A stretch of DNA of 30,584 nt from a virus (Duplodnaviria; Caudoviricetes). The stretch is from the IMG/VR virus record IMGVR_UViG_3300005521_000007, positions 1-30,584 of that record; one strand, written 5' to 3'. Below the pieces are notes generated by a model that was not told the origin of the DNA, did not search any database, and saw nothing but the letters and a program-made list of their open reading frames with translations. Positions 1-8,309 of the stretch are shown here, in pieces. Made by a program: the position numbers and the translations under genes. Position 1 is the stretch's first letter. Each line of letters begins with the position of its first letter.

Positions 1-1
1 C

Positions 2-376
2 TTCGATTCTGTTTAAACCTTCTAATATTAGTTTATTTTGTTCGAGTATAAGTTCTCTAGCTGCTTTACCGCCCTTATCTCTTTTTAATGCGGATTGATC
101 CAGCTCTTCTCTGTCTTTAATTTCTTTCCTTCGGTCTCTTGTATCTTGTTTTCTTTTCATCGCTTCCCACAAGATTTGCCCAGCGTTCATTTTCCTGTTG
201 TCTTTGGCGTCCTTCTTCAGCTGTTCTGTATTTTGCTTTAATGTTTCTGTTTCTTTATTAAACGCATCTTCAAGGTTCTTTAATTCATCAGAGGTGGCCA
301 TATCCCCGCCAGCATCGCCGACGGCTTTAACCTCATCTATTAACTGTTTTAACTTCTTGTCGTCTAACTCTGCCAT
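2..376 (-). CDS. Probable tape measure / baseplate hub protein, N-terminal part (runs off the window edge)
   Basis: Not in the ORF track. Read by hand from ATG at 376: MAELDDKKLKQLIDEVKAVGDAGGDMATSDELKNLEDAFNKETETLKQNTEQLKKDAK..., open to the edge. Charged, helical, coiled-coil-like. AAAGGA lies upstream. Directly follows gp26/gp51, where tape measure genes usually sit. Confidence 0.55.
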   Translation of the reverse strand, partial: MAELDDKKLKQLIDEVKAVGDAGGDMATSDELKNLEDAFNKETETLKQNTEQLKKDAKDNRKMNAGQILWEAMKRKQDTRDRRKEIKDREELDQSALKRDKGGKAARELILEQNKLILEGLNRIE

Positions 377-381
377 TTCTT

Positions 382-519
382 TTAATATCCTTTAGCTGCT
401 CTATCTTTAGCCTTCTCGGCCTTATCTTTAAGATGCATTATTAACATATTAACATAAACTTCCCTTTCCCAGGGCATCATATTTTCTAACTCTGTTAGAC
501 TGTAATGATGTTCCTGCAT
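382..519 (-). CDS. gp51: gp51-like baseplate hub assembly catalyst (45 aa; frame is open upstream to about 576, possibly expressed by frameshift)
   Basis: Below the ORF-track cutoff. Hand translation MQEHHYSLTELENMMPWEREVYVNMLIMHLKDKAEKAKDRAAKGY matches the YSLTELENMMPWER motif of the small gp51-annotated ORFs of marine T4-like phages. Lies directly after gp26. Confidence 0.8.
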   Translation of the reverse strand: MQEHHYSLTELENMMPWEREVYVNMLIMHLKDKAEKAKDRAAKGY

Positions 520-569
520 TAACAAAAAATTAGTCCTGTAAAAATTATCAAGACTTTCCTGAGAAAGGT

Positions 570-1262
570 TTAGCCGAAAAAATGTTCGTATCCATTAATG
601 TTAACCACTTGAGGCTCTTTGCAATGATAGCAATCGAACTTCATCTCGTGCATTAATACGGGCATTCCTCGGAGAAAATTTCTCATTTCATTAAAAACAT
701 CCATAGGAAGATTTTCAATAAACTCTTGTAAGTCTTCATTACTTACTTCTTGCATATTAATTTCTTCTTCTTCAGTAACTACAGCAGCAATACAATGCTT
801 TATAGTTTCAATATCAGTCATGTCATCTTCGCCCTCTACTATATCTAAAGCAGAAGGAAAACGCATCTTAATAACAATTTCATCACTAGCTTTGATTTCT
901 GTATTAGGCAAGTTATCTAAACCTTTAACGGTTATCTCGCTTATATCTACATCTAACTCTGTGGTCTTTTCACAATCACCACAAGTCATGCTAAATGTTT
1001 GGGTACTCCCAACAGAAGCCATTCTAATTTTTAAAAAAATGTCTTGTAAATCAAACATTGGTATCTTACTTACATCTAATTTCTCAAATGTACAGTTAGT
1101 TACTATTTGTCCACAAGCATTAACCATCTCTTTATATTCATCACTTTCACTGGCCAACATAAGAATTTTTTCTTCCTTAACTAAGAAAGGCCTAAATTTA
1201 ATGACCTCCCCTGTTGAAGGAACAGTACATTCTGATAATGGCTGTTCTATTATAGGTAACAT
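570..1262 (-). CDS. gp26: Baseplate hub assembly chaperone gp26
   Basis: MLP...VPSTGEVIKFRPFLVKEEKILM signature, two CxxC pairs (CGDC, CYHC), C-terminal G..HFF end typical of the family. GGAG RBS upstream. Confidence 0.85.
   Translation of the reverse strand: MLPIIEQPLSECTVPSTGEVIKFRPFLVKEEKILMLASESDEYKEMVNACGQIVTNCTFEKLDVSKIPMFDLQDIFLKIRMASVGSTQTFSMTCGDCEKTTELDVDISEITVKGLDNLPNTEIKASDEIVIKMRFPSALDIVEGEDDMTDIETIKHCIAAVVTEEEEINMQEVSNEDLQEFIENLPMDVFNEMRNFLRGMPVLMHEMKFDCYHCKEPQVVNINGYEHFFG
576..582 (-). other. Candidate -1 ribosomal frameshift slippery heptamer T TTT TTC
   Basis: Minus strand reads CAT TTT TTC GGC TAA. The -1 frame is open for 64 codons and includes the gp51-like ORF. Confidence 0.65.
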
Positions 1263-1280
1263 ATTTTATATCTCCAATTA

Positions 1281-1949
1281 TTAATTTTCATATGATTTCA
1301 ATCCTTTGCCTCCTGGCGAGTCTGATGACTCCCAGTAAGCTGCTGAAACAATAAGCGTATTCCTAATAGCACTTGTTGTTCCACTTGATAAGGGTACCAA
1401 GTTTAACACTTTTGGCATCGCTTCATGTAATGTCCAAGATTTAACAATATTGTCTTGAAGGTCTAAAGCGTTGATTGTCATGGTGGTTGTAACTGCGTCT
1501 ATATAACCAAGCTCTTGGCTTGTTGTATCAGCACACTCTTTCATCCATTGTTCAAAAAAGCTTCTAAGCTTCCATTCATTGTCAGTAACGAATGTAAAGT
1601 TAATTTCGTTTCCTAAGAACCCTACTTTAGTATTTCTAAAGAAAGTCCACGGTCCAATATTAAATTCTTTATTACTTAGAATCAGGCCAGGTATCTGGAC
1701 TTCTTCACAAAACAATGCTACATCTCCCTCAAGTAATCCTGCGTTCTGCGACGAAACCACATCCTTCCGCCATGACATAACCTCTGCATCAGGATTCATA
1801 TTTCTTTTAAGTGTACCGCCGTGTCGATCGTTTGCTGCTATTAAATTATTAATATTAAAATGAACTTCAAATCTTTCAGCACGAGCAAAAGATCTTTTCG
1901 TTGCTGTTGCTAAATATTCTTGATAATCTGTTAAAGCTTTGTTTGCCAT
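1281..1949 (-). CDS. Tail tube family protein (gp54/gp19-like tail tube initiator)
   Basis: FARAERFEV, FCEEVQIPG, INFTFVTD...LRSFFEQW and ALDLQD...WTLHEAMP are gp19/gp54 fold patterns. Synteny beside gp2 and gp26. Confidence 0.7.
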   Translation of the reverse strand: MANKALTDYQEYLATATKRSFARAERFEVHFNINNLIAANDRHGGTLKRNMNPDAEVMSWRKDVVSSQNAGLLEGDVALFCEEVQIPGLILSNKEFNIGPWTFFRNTKVGFLGNEINFTFVTDNEWKLRSFFEQWMKECADTTSQELGYIDAVTTTMTINALDLQDNIVKSWTLHEAMPKVLNLVPLSSGTTSAIRNTLIVSAAYWESSDSPGGKGLKSYEN

Positions 1950-2563
1950 TATTTTAATCCGCCTGTACTAATTGACATATTTCTTTTTCTTGTTGGTTTT
2001 TCCATTGTGTTTCGATATATAGTTCTGTCTGAAGCTCCTACAAACCTTTGTACAGGAAGAAACACAGCTGCTTTCCAATTTGCTGGATCTACTTCTATCA
2101 TTCTGCCTGTAATATGAGGGGTTAAATATTTTTTAACTGATCCTCTAACTTCTGGGAACCTAGAAAAGTTACTTATATAACTCCACCTAGCCCTCAATAT
2201 GCTCTGATCTGTTAGATTTCTCTCTGCTGGAAATATTTTATCCAATAGTGCAGCTCTAAGTGTTGGAGCAAGATAATGTAAATTAATACCACTAAAACCT
2301 TGTGGCATTGGCTCTGTTATGATTACAAGAGGAACAGTATCATAATACGGCAAGTCTGCTTTTGTTTTAGGATCATATGAAAATAAATACATTTTTCCTA
2401 TTTCTAATTGTCTTGCTTCTTTACCGAGATCTGTTTGTTTAGCCTCTTCAAAAGTGTTAACACCTCTAGCATATTCACGAACAGCACGAGTGTACCATTG
2501 AACAGATTTGTCCTGGTGTCTATTGCCTGCTGCTTGTTCTATATCTTTGAATGGTGTCGCCAT
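1949..2563 (-). CDS. gp2: DNA end protector protein gp2
   Basis: GKMYLFSYDPKTKADLPYYDTVPLV, GINLHYL and W..AVFLPVQRF are characteristic gp2 motifs. Confidence 0.92.
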   Translation of the reverse strand: MATPFKDIEQAAGNRHQDKSVQWYTRAVREYARGVNTFEEAKQTDLGKEARQLEIGKMYLFSYDPKTKADLPYYDTVPLVIITEPMPQGFSGINLHYLAPTLRAALLDKIFPAERNLTDQSILRARWSYISNFSRFPEVRGSVKKYLTPHITGRMIEVDPANWKAAVFLPVQRFVGASDRTIYRNTMEKPTRKRNMSISTGGLK

Positions 2564-2568
2564 GTAAG

Positions 2569-2576
2569 TATTTATA
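2569..2576 (-). promoter_or_regulatory. T4-type late promoter TATAAATA (gp2)
   Basis: Perfect consensus, 5 nt before the gp2 ATG. Confidence 0.8.
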
Positions 2577-3023
2577 CTAGATGCCGAGCTCTTTTTCAGT
2601 AACTATCTTAAATTCCATACCTTGCGCTTTACAAAAATCCTTTGCAGAGTTCCACTTGGCCTCGTTAACTCCGTATTGTGCTATCTCTTGTAAGTATCTT
2701 CTGGTTTTACGCTTCTGTGTTGATGGTGGTTTTGTAAATCTCTCTGGTTTAACTTCAATTAAATACTTCTTTGTTTTATCTTCTTCTTTAACTTCTATAT
2801 AGAAATCAACCATATACCTATGCACTTTGTTATCCATAGGACTACGATAGGGTATTGCAATCTCTTCTGATACCCAACCAACAATAGAGCTATTAAGATC
2901 ACACCAGTTCATGAACTTTAATTCGTAGCTTGATCTATAGGTTATTGAATTGAAGTCACCAAGATACTTCGTTCTATTACGAGGAATAAACTTTCCTTTA
3001 TATATTTCTTTGGCATAAACCAT
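2577..3023 (-). CDS. gp4: Head completion nuclease gp4 (TnsA-like PD-(D/E)xK)
   Basis: YKGKFIPRN..KY.GD, YRSSYE..FM.WCD, W.SEE..IPY, HRY.VDF, LIEVKP and N.AKW..A motifs. Confidence 0.93.
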   Translation of the reverse strand: MVYAKEIYKGKFIPRNRTKYLGDFNSITYRSSYELKFMNWCDLNSSIVGWVSEEIAIPYRSPMDNKVHRYMVDFYIEVKEEDKTKKYLIEVKPERFTKPPSTQKRKTRRYLQEIAQYGVNEAKWNSAKDFCKAQGMEFKIVTEKELGI

Positions 3024-3030
3024 ATAAATA
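3023..3030 (+). promoter_or_regulatory. T4-type late promoter TATAAATA (rightward baseplate operon)
   Basis: Perfect consensus at the edge of the divergent intergenic gap, about 40 nt before gp48. Confidence 0.8.
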
Positions 3031-3050
3031 AGAATATAATGTTAAACAAC

Positions 3051-3058
3051 TATTTATA
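3051..3058 (-). promoter_or_regulatory. T4-type late promoter TATAAATA (leftward, gp4)
   Basis: tatttata on the + strand, 27 nt before the gp4 ATG. Confidence 0.8.
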
Positions 3059-3071
3059 GAGAATAAAACCA

Positions 3072-4229
3072 ATGGCAGTTACACAACAAGGTAGTTCGTG
3101 GTATAAACCCTGGACTTGGATGGATCGCGAGATCACCCCAGCTGAAGAGGCAACAATCGAAGCGGGAGAGGCACATTATAAATCCAACCCCCAATTAGCT
3201 TTTAAATACCCAGAAGATTTGGGAACAAAAAAATTCCCCAATATGGTTAAGTTTTATATTAATGCTAAGAAAGTTACAGCAGAAAATTCAGGCAGGGAAT
3301 ACAATGAATTGCCTGAAGATGCATTAGATCTGAATCAAAACAGAGCAGGGGCAGATAATTACGAAAGAATAACAAAGGAAGCATCTTTTATTGCAGGAAG
3401 TATTGGTGGTTACTTTGGTGGTAAAGCTTTAGCTGGCCAAGATACAGGTATGGCACAAGATCTATTAAAGGGAGCAGGAACAGGCCTTGTTGCGATGGGA
3501 GCCATGGCCATGGTTGATGAAAACCAAGAAACAGTAAGATTAAAAGAAACTATATCATTATATGTTCCTCAATCTGTTGTTGCTGCTTATACTGCTAATT
3601 GGGATGAAGTCGACTTAGGACCTTTTGCAGGCCAATTAGGTTCTAATACAGGATCTATTAGTGATCTATCACTGAGTGATAGTACCGAACTTACAGGTAG
3701 AGGAGCTATAGCAGCAGCTGCTAATGTACCTGCAGCAGTAGGCGTAGGAGACTTGAACTTGGGCAATTTGTTTGAAGCAACAAGTAAAAAAGTAGGAAAC
3801 CCATATAAAGAACAATTATTTAAATCAATGGGCTTTAGGCAGTTTTCTTTTTCTTATGTATTCTCTCCCAAAAACGAAAAAGAATTTAATGATGTAGAAC
3901 AAATTATATCTTTATTTAAAGAGAACATGCACCCAGATGTTTCAGAGGGTGGAATGTTTTTAATTTATCCTTCAGAGTTTTCAATAGAGTTTCATCATGT
4001 AACTCCTGGCAGTTCAGGATCACAGATCAATACACACTTACCTAGAATATCTTCTTGTGCATTAAAGAATCAAAAAGTTACTTATGGTCCTGACGGAATG
4101 CTTAATACATTTAGAAACAGTCATGGTAGGCCAACAGAAATAACAATGGAATTACAATTTGTAGAACTAGAAACTCTTACAGCGAAAAGAATAAGAGATG
4201 GTAGGCATGAAGGAAAAGGAGAGTTTTAA
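3072..4229 (+). CDS. gp48: Baseplate tail tube cap gp48
   Basis: ISLYVP, NPYKEQLFKSMGFRQFSFSYVFSPKN..E, YPSEF.I and P.EITMELQF.ELE motifs. Precedes gp53. Confidence 0.85.
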   Translation: MAVTQQGSSWYKPWTWMDREITPAEEATIEAGEAHYKSNPQLAFKYPEDLGTKKFPNMVKFYINAKKVTAENSGREYNELPEDALDLNQNRAGADNYERITKEASFIAGSIGGYFGGKALAGQDTGMAQDLLKGAGTGLVAMGAMAMVDENQETVRLKETISLYVPQSVVAAYTANWDEVDLGPFAGQLGSNTGSISDLSLSDSTELTGRGAIAAAANVPAAVGVGDLNLGNLFEATSKKVGNPYKEQLFKSMGFRQFSFSYVFSPKNEKEFNDVEQIISLFKENMHPDVSEGGMFLIYPSEFSIEFHHVTPGSSGSQINTHLPRISSCALKNQKVTYGPDGMLNTFRNSHGRPTEITMELQFVELETLTAKRIRDGRHEGKGEF

Positions 4230-4747
4230 TGTACTTTAGAGCGTTACCCAGATTTAGATATCCTTGGACAGACAAAGAAGGAAAAGAGCACGGTGCTCTT
4301 GTACCAGATATTTTTAGAAGAGTTCAATTAGATAAGTTTTTTAAAAATAGAAATTTATTAAACGCTATATTTGTAGGTGAACACGATACGCCTGAAAGTA
4401 TAGCTCATCAATATTACGGCAATGTAAATTATCATTGGGTAATATTAATGGCAAACGATATTGTAGATGTTAATAGAGAGTGGCCTTTATCTAATAGAAA
4501 TTTAGTTTCATATGTAAAAGACAAGTATGGAGAAAACAATTCAGCAGATGTACACCATTATGTAAGCTCTACAGACAGCGAGTTAATTGTAGATTGGGAT
4601 GCAGTTAAGGTAGCAAACGGTACCATATTAGCTGTTACTAATTATGATTATGAAGATGAGTTGAATGATAAAAAGAGACAAAAATTTCTATTAGATAAAA
4701 GATATTTAAAGGACATCGTATCGCAGTATAAAAAATTGGTGAAGTAA
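4229..4747 (+). CDS. gp53: Baseplate wedge subunit gp53 (LysM-like)
   Basis: MYFRALP start, DTPESIAHQYYG...HWVILMANDIVD..EWPL, VHHY and YEDELNDKKR motifs. Confidence 0.92.
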   Translation: MYFRALPRFRYPWTDKEGKEHGALVPDIFRRVQLDKFFKNRNLLNAIFVGEHDTPESIAHQYYGNVNYHWVILMANDIVDVNREWPLSNRNLVSYVKDKYGENNSADVHHYVSSTDSELIVDWDAVKVANGTILAVTNYDYEDELNDKKRQKFLLDKRYLKDIVSQYKKLVK

Positions 4748-4751
4748 TATT

Positions 4752-6155
4752 ATGGGCGAAGAAACCATTTCAAAAGCAGGTGATGTAATAATAGAAGAAC
4801 TTCTTATACATACCCACACACAAAAAGAACCATACAACTTAGTAGAAGAAGGAATATTTGCTGAGATAAACATCTATGAGGGTGTCTTTGAAAAGTTTAT
4901 GACGGGAGAAATAATTATAAAAGATGCTGTAAACTTTATAGCAGAAGCTCCTTTAATGGGAAATGAATTAATAACAATAAAATTAAGAACCCCAACTTTT
5001 CCAGACTCACCTAGAAACATAATAGACAAAACATTTCAAATTTATTCTATTAGAAATAGAAGATTAAATAGCGACAGAGAGCAGACATACGCTTTAAAAT
5101 TTATTTCTATTGAAGGAATGTCTGACAATTACCAAATTATAACTAGAAGATTTAAAGGCAATACAGAAGAAGTAGTAAAAGAAATATATGAAACCTACAT
5201 GGAAGAAGCAAGAAGGCCTATGGAAGGAAGCCATTCACCAGGTTTAATTTGTGGTGATACACCTCACTCTTCTAATATAAGTTTTATTGCTAATCACTGG
5301 ACACCAATGCAATGTTTAGATTATGTGTCAAAATATGCTAACGGCAATAAGTATGTAGGCGCAGATTTTGTATTCTTTGAAACAAATAAAGTATTCATAT
5401 TCTCATCTTTACAAAATTTAATAGGTGTGGGTGCGGACCATATGTTTGAAGAGTATCAATATTACCAGGGAGGATTAGAACCTAAACCATATAGAACAGA
5501 CTCATCAAATATTTATGGTGGTGTCGGAGTATCAGGAATGCCTGATATGGTTAAAATATCTGAGATGAGGGTGCCTAGAACAATTGATATAGCAGATGGT
5601 TATTCGACAGGATATTATTCTCAAAGTGTCAGAGCATATGATCTATATACTAAAGAAAGATACAACGCAGAATTAGATGTTAGAAAAGACTGGAGTAAAT
5701 TTCTACATACAGAGCCTGGCTGTCCTGTTCCAGAGGGGGTTGATCGAAATCCAAATACGACAATGACAGTTAAAATTTTAAGTAGTGTAAACAACTTAAC
5801 ACAATCAGCAAGTTTACCTGGCTCTAAGCATGGTAACGCAGATAGTGAGAATATTGTAGCAGCATCTTTAATGAGAGATAATTATTTTAATTCTTTAAGA
5901 GATTATACTTTTGAAATAGATGTTCCTGGAAGAACAGATGTAGCATGTGGAGATATGATTTATTTAAATTATCCTTCACCAAGAACAAAGACAGAAGATG
6001 TAGATTTTGATAAACTGTTTGACAGGCAGCTTTCAGGCAAATATTTAATAACAGCAATAAGACATAAAATTGATACAGTAGCCCATGTAATGAAAATGGA
6101 AGTCGTAAAAAATGGATTACCAGAAAGTATGGGCACTTCGGAGACCAGAGAATGA
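4752..6155 (+). CDS. Baseplate hub protein (gp27-like)
   Basis: Lies between gp53 and gp5. INIYE...TG.I.I.DA.N, FVFFET, IDVPG...GD.I.L and LSGKYLITAIRHKI fit the gp27/gpD hub fold. Confidence 0.7.
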   Translation: MGEETISKAGDVIIEELLIHTHTQKEPYNLVEEGIFAEINIYEGVFEKFMTGEIIIKDAVNFIAEAPLMGNELITIKLRTPTFPDSPRNIIDKTFQIYSIRNRRLNSDREQTYALKFISIEGMSDNYQIITRRFKGNTEEVVKEIYETYMEEARRPMEGSHSPGLICGDTPHSSNISFIANHWTPMQCLDYVSKYANGNKYVGADFVFFETNKVFIFSSLQNLIGVGADHMFEEYQYYQGGLEPKPYRTDSSNIYGGVGVSGMPDMVKISEMRVPRTIDIADGYSTGYYSQSVRAYDLYTKERYNAELDVRKDWSKFLHTEPGCPVPEGVDRNPNTTMTVKILSSVNNLTQSASLPGSKHGNADSENIVAASLMRDNYFNSLRDYTFEIDVPGRTDVACGDMIYLNYPSPRTKTEDVDFDKLFDRQLSGKYLITAIRHKIDTVAHVMKMEVVKNGLPESMGTSETRE

Positions 6156-7681
6156 AATCAAAAAATTATAGTAAATTAAATATACCTGATTGGGTTTGGT
6201 GGACAGGTATAATAGAGTCAAGAGCAGACTTAACTAAGACAGGTAGATATAGAGTTAGAATATTTGGCTGGCATACAGCCAACACAGAATTGTTGCCAGT
6301 AATTGATTTGCCTATTGCCACAGTTTTAAACTCTGTTACAAGCGCAGGCACATCAGGCATTATGGAAAACCCAAACCTTTTACCTGGTTCAACAGTAGTA
6401 GGATTTTTTGCAGATGGAGATGAAGGCCAGCACCCTGTCATCATAGGATCTATTGCAGGCAAACCATCAGAGAAAAATGAAGATCAAACAATAGAAGATG
6501 GATTCAATGATCCTGCTAAGAAATATCCTAGAGGAGGATTTAGTGAACCTAAACCTGACGGTTTTGCTGGAGCAGGAGAGTCTGATATATCGAGACTAGC
6601 AAGAGATGAAGACGCAGAAACACATTATAGTCTTGTAACAAAAAGAGCAGAAAGAGAAAAGGATATAAGAACAGCAAGAGCCTCTAGTGTTGCAGAACAA
6701 TTAGGAGATAAAGAGAATGTAGATTACGAAGGCCTGACATGGGAAGAACCATATGCAAGAGCTAAAGGTCCATACAAAACATTTGAAATGGAAGAGTTTA
6801 CTCCTAAATATTGGGACGCTTTAAAAGATTTAAAAGATGGCGGAACAGGCATTCCTAAAGAACCAGGAACATATACTTCTATGTATCCGTTCAATTTAGT
6901 TAGAGAAACAGAGGCAGGCTTTGTAACAGAAATAGACAACACATCAGGAAACGAAAGGTATGGTTGGTATCATCCTGTTGGAAATTTTGAAGAAGTACAA
7001 GCAGACGGGACAAGAATAAACAAAATTAAAGGTTCAGACTATGAGATTATTGCAGAAGATAAAAATGTTTTAATACGAGGCTCTTGTAATGTAACAATAT
7101 TGGGAGACGCTAAGTTATTAGTACAAGGAGATAGATACGAAGAGATAGAAGGCAATTTGTTTCAAACAGTTTTTGGAGACAGAGTTACAAAAATTATGGG
7201 GAGTGATATTAAGTCTGTACAAACAGATCAAAATTATACAATAGGTGGAATGAGATCAGTTCGTGTAGCGTTAGATGATGACTCAAAAATTGTGGGTAAA
7301 CAAACTCAGACTGTTGGGAAGGAAAAGAAAGAAACAGTAGCAGGCAATGTAACAGAAACTTTTAACGAAAATCATAAAACATATATTACAGGAAGCAGGA
7401 TGGAAAGAGTGGGTGGTGCTTCCATGAAAACGGCAGGACAAAATATGACACTGGCGTCAGGAGATACAATGGGCATAAGAACAAGTACAAATATGGATAT
7501 AGATGCACAAACTCTATTAGAGATGGATGCGCCTAATATTTCTATAGATGGACCTGTAGGAAATATTACATCTAATAATATAACATTACATACACATACA
7601 CATAAACAAACAGGTGGTACTGCTCCGGATGGAGATGGTCCTAATGATAAACAGACCTTCTCACCTACGGACGGGACATAA
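6152..7681 (+). CDS. gp5: Baseplate central spike gp5 (OB-fold plus beta-helix; no evident lysozyme domain)
   Basis: N-terminal WWTGIIE...GRYRVRIFGWHT...VVGFFADG..Q.PVIIG OB-fold, YPFNLV.ETEAG...EIDNT.G.ER, VxG beta-helix repeats, terminal HTHTH. Confidence 0.9.
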   Translation: MKSKNYSKLNIPDWVWWTGIIESRADLTKTGRYRVRIFGWHTANTELLPVIDLPIATVLNSVTSAGTSGIMENPNLLPGSTVVGFFADGDEGQHPVIIGSIAGKPSEKNEDQTIEDGFNDPAKKYPRGGFSEPKPDGFAGAGESDISRLARDEDAETHYSLVTKRAEREKDIRTARASSVAEQLGDKENVDYEGLTWEEPYARAKGPYKTFEMEEFTPKYWDALKDLKDGGTGIPKEPGTYTSMYPFNLVRETEAGFVTEIDNTSGNERYGWYHPVGNFEEVQADGTRINKIKGSDYEIIAEDKNVLIRGSCNVTILGDAKLLVQGDRYEEIEGNLFQTVFGDRVTKIMGSDIKSVQTDQNYTIGGMRSVRVALDDDSKIVGKQTQTVGKEKKETVAGNVTETFNENHKTYITGSRMERVGGASMKTAGQNMTLASGDTMGIRTSTNMDIDAQTLLEMDAPNISIDGPVGNITSNNITLHTHTHKQTGGTAPDGDGPNDKQTFSPTDGT

Positions 7682-7693
7682 TAGGAGAATAAA

Positions 7694-8293
7694 ATGAGTT
7701 GCGGACCGGCGAAAGCATTATTAGAAATGGCAGATAAAGTAGATGCATTAAACGAATCAATAGACGCTGCTATAATGGATATCCCTGGCATGGAAGAACT
7801 AGCAGGATTAAAAGACAAAGTTACATCAGAAGCAAACAGTCTTATGGATAAACTTAATGAGGCAATGCCTACAATTAAATTTCCAGATAAAGATTTCTTA
7901 GACCTTCCACTACAAGATCAAATGAAACAAATAGCAGGATTAATTGCTTTAGGTTATTTGGCCAAGCCACAACTTGAAGCAAAATTAGATCAAATGAAAA
8001 CAAAGTATGGTGGTGTGGATATTGACATAGACAATTTAGCAGATATGTTAAGAAGCGGAGCAATGGATTTAGATTCTTTATGTAAGATGGTTCCTAATGT
8101 TCAAACACAAGGAGTTAATTTAGAAGTTAAAGGAATACCTACATCTTTTCCTAATATAGATCCTGTTGCAATATTAAGAGGTGGTAGTTTACCACCTATG
8201 CCTAAAGTCGGAGATGTATATATTAAACCAACGATCAAAGCTAAAGAACAAGCTGATGATTTTTTAAATTTAGAGTTACCAACCTTCTTCTAG
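7694..8293 (+). CDS. Hypothetical protein between gp5 and gp25
   Basis: 199-aa ORF with strong AGGAG RBS. Helical. No recognised motif. Confidence 0.75.
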   Translation: MSCGPAKALLEMADKVDALNESIDAAIMDIPGMEELAGLKDKVTSEANSLMDKLNEAMPTIKFPDKDFLDLPLQDQMKQIAGLIALGYLAKPQLEAKLDQMKTKYGGVDIDIDNLADMLRSGAMDLDSLCKMVPNVQTQGVNLEVKGIPTSFPNIDPVAILRGGSLPPMPKVGDVYIKPTIKAKEQADDFLNLELPTFF

Positions 8294-8296
8294 AAG

Positions 8297-8304
8297 TATA
8301 AATA
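8297..8304 (+). promoter_or_regulatory. T4-type late promoter TATAAATA (gp25)
   Basis: Perfect consensus in a 16-nt intergenic gap, 5 nt before the ATG. Confidence 0.82.
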
Positions 8305-8309
8305 CTATT

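Noticed and set aside
198-395. 65-aa + strand ORF
   Set aside because: Antisense shadow of the minus-strand tape-measure-like gene; S/F-rich composition typical of reverse frames.
820-2802. + strand ORFs at 820, 1579, 2408 and 2581
   Set aside because: Lie antisense to well-recognised gp26, gp54-like, gp2 and gp4; no motifs.
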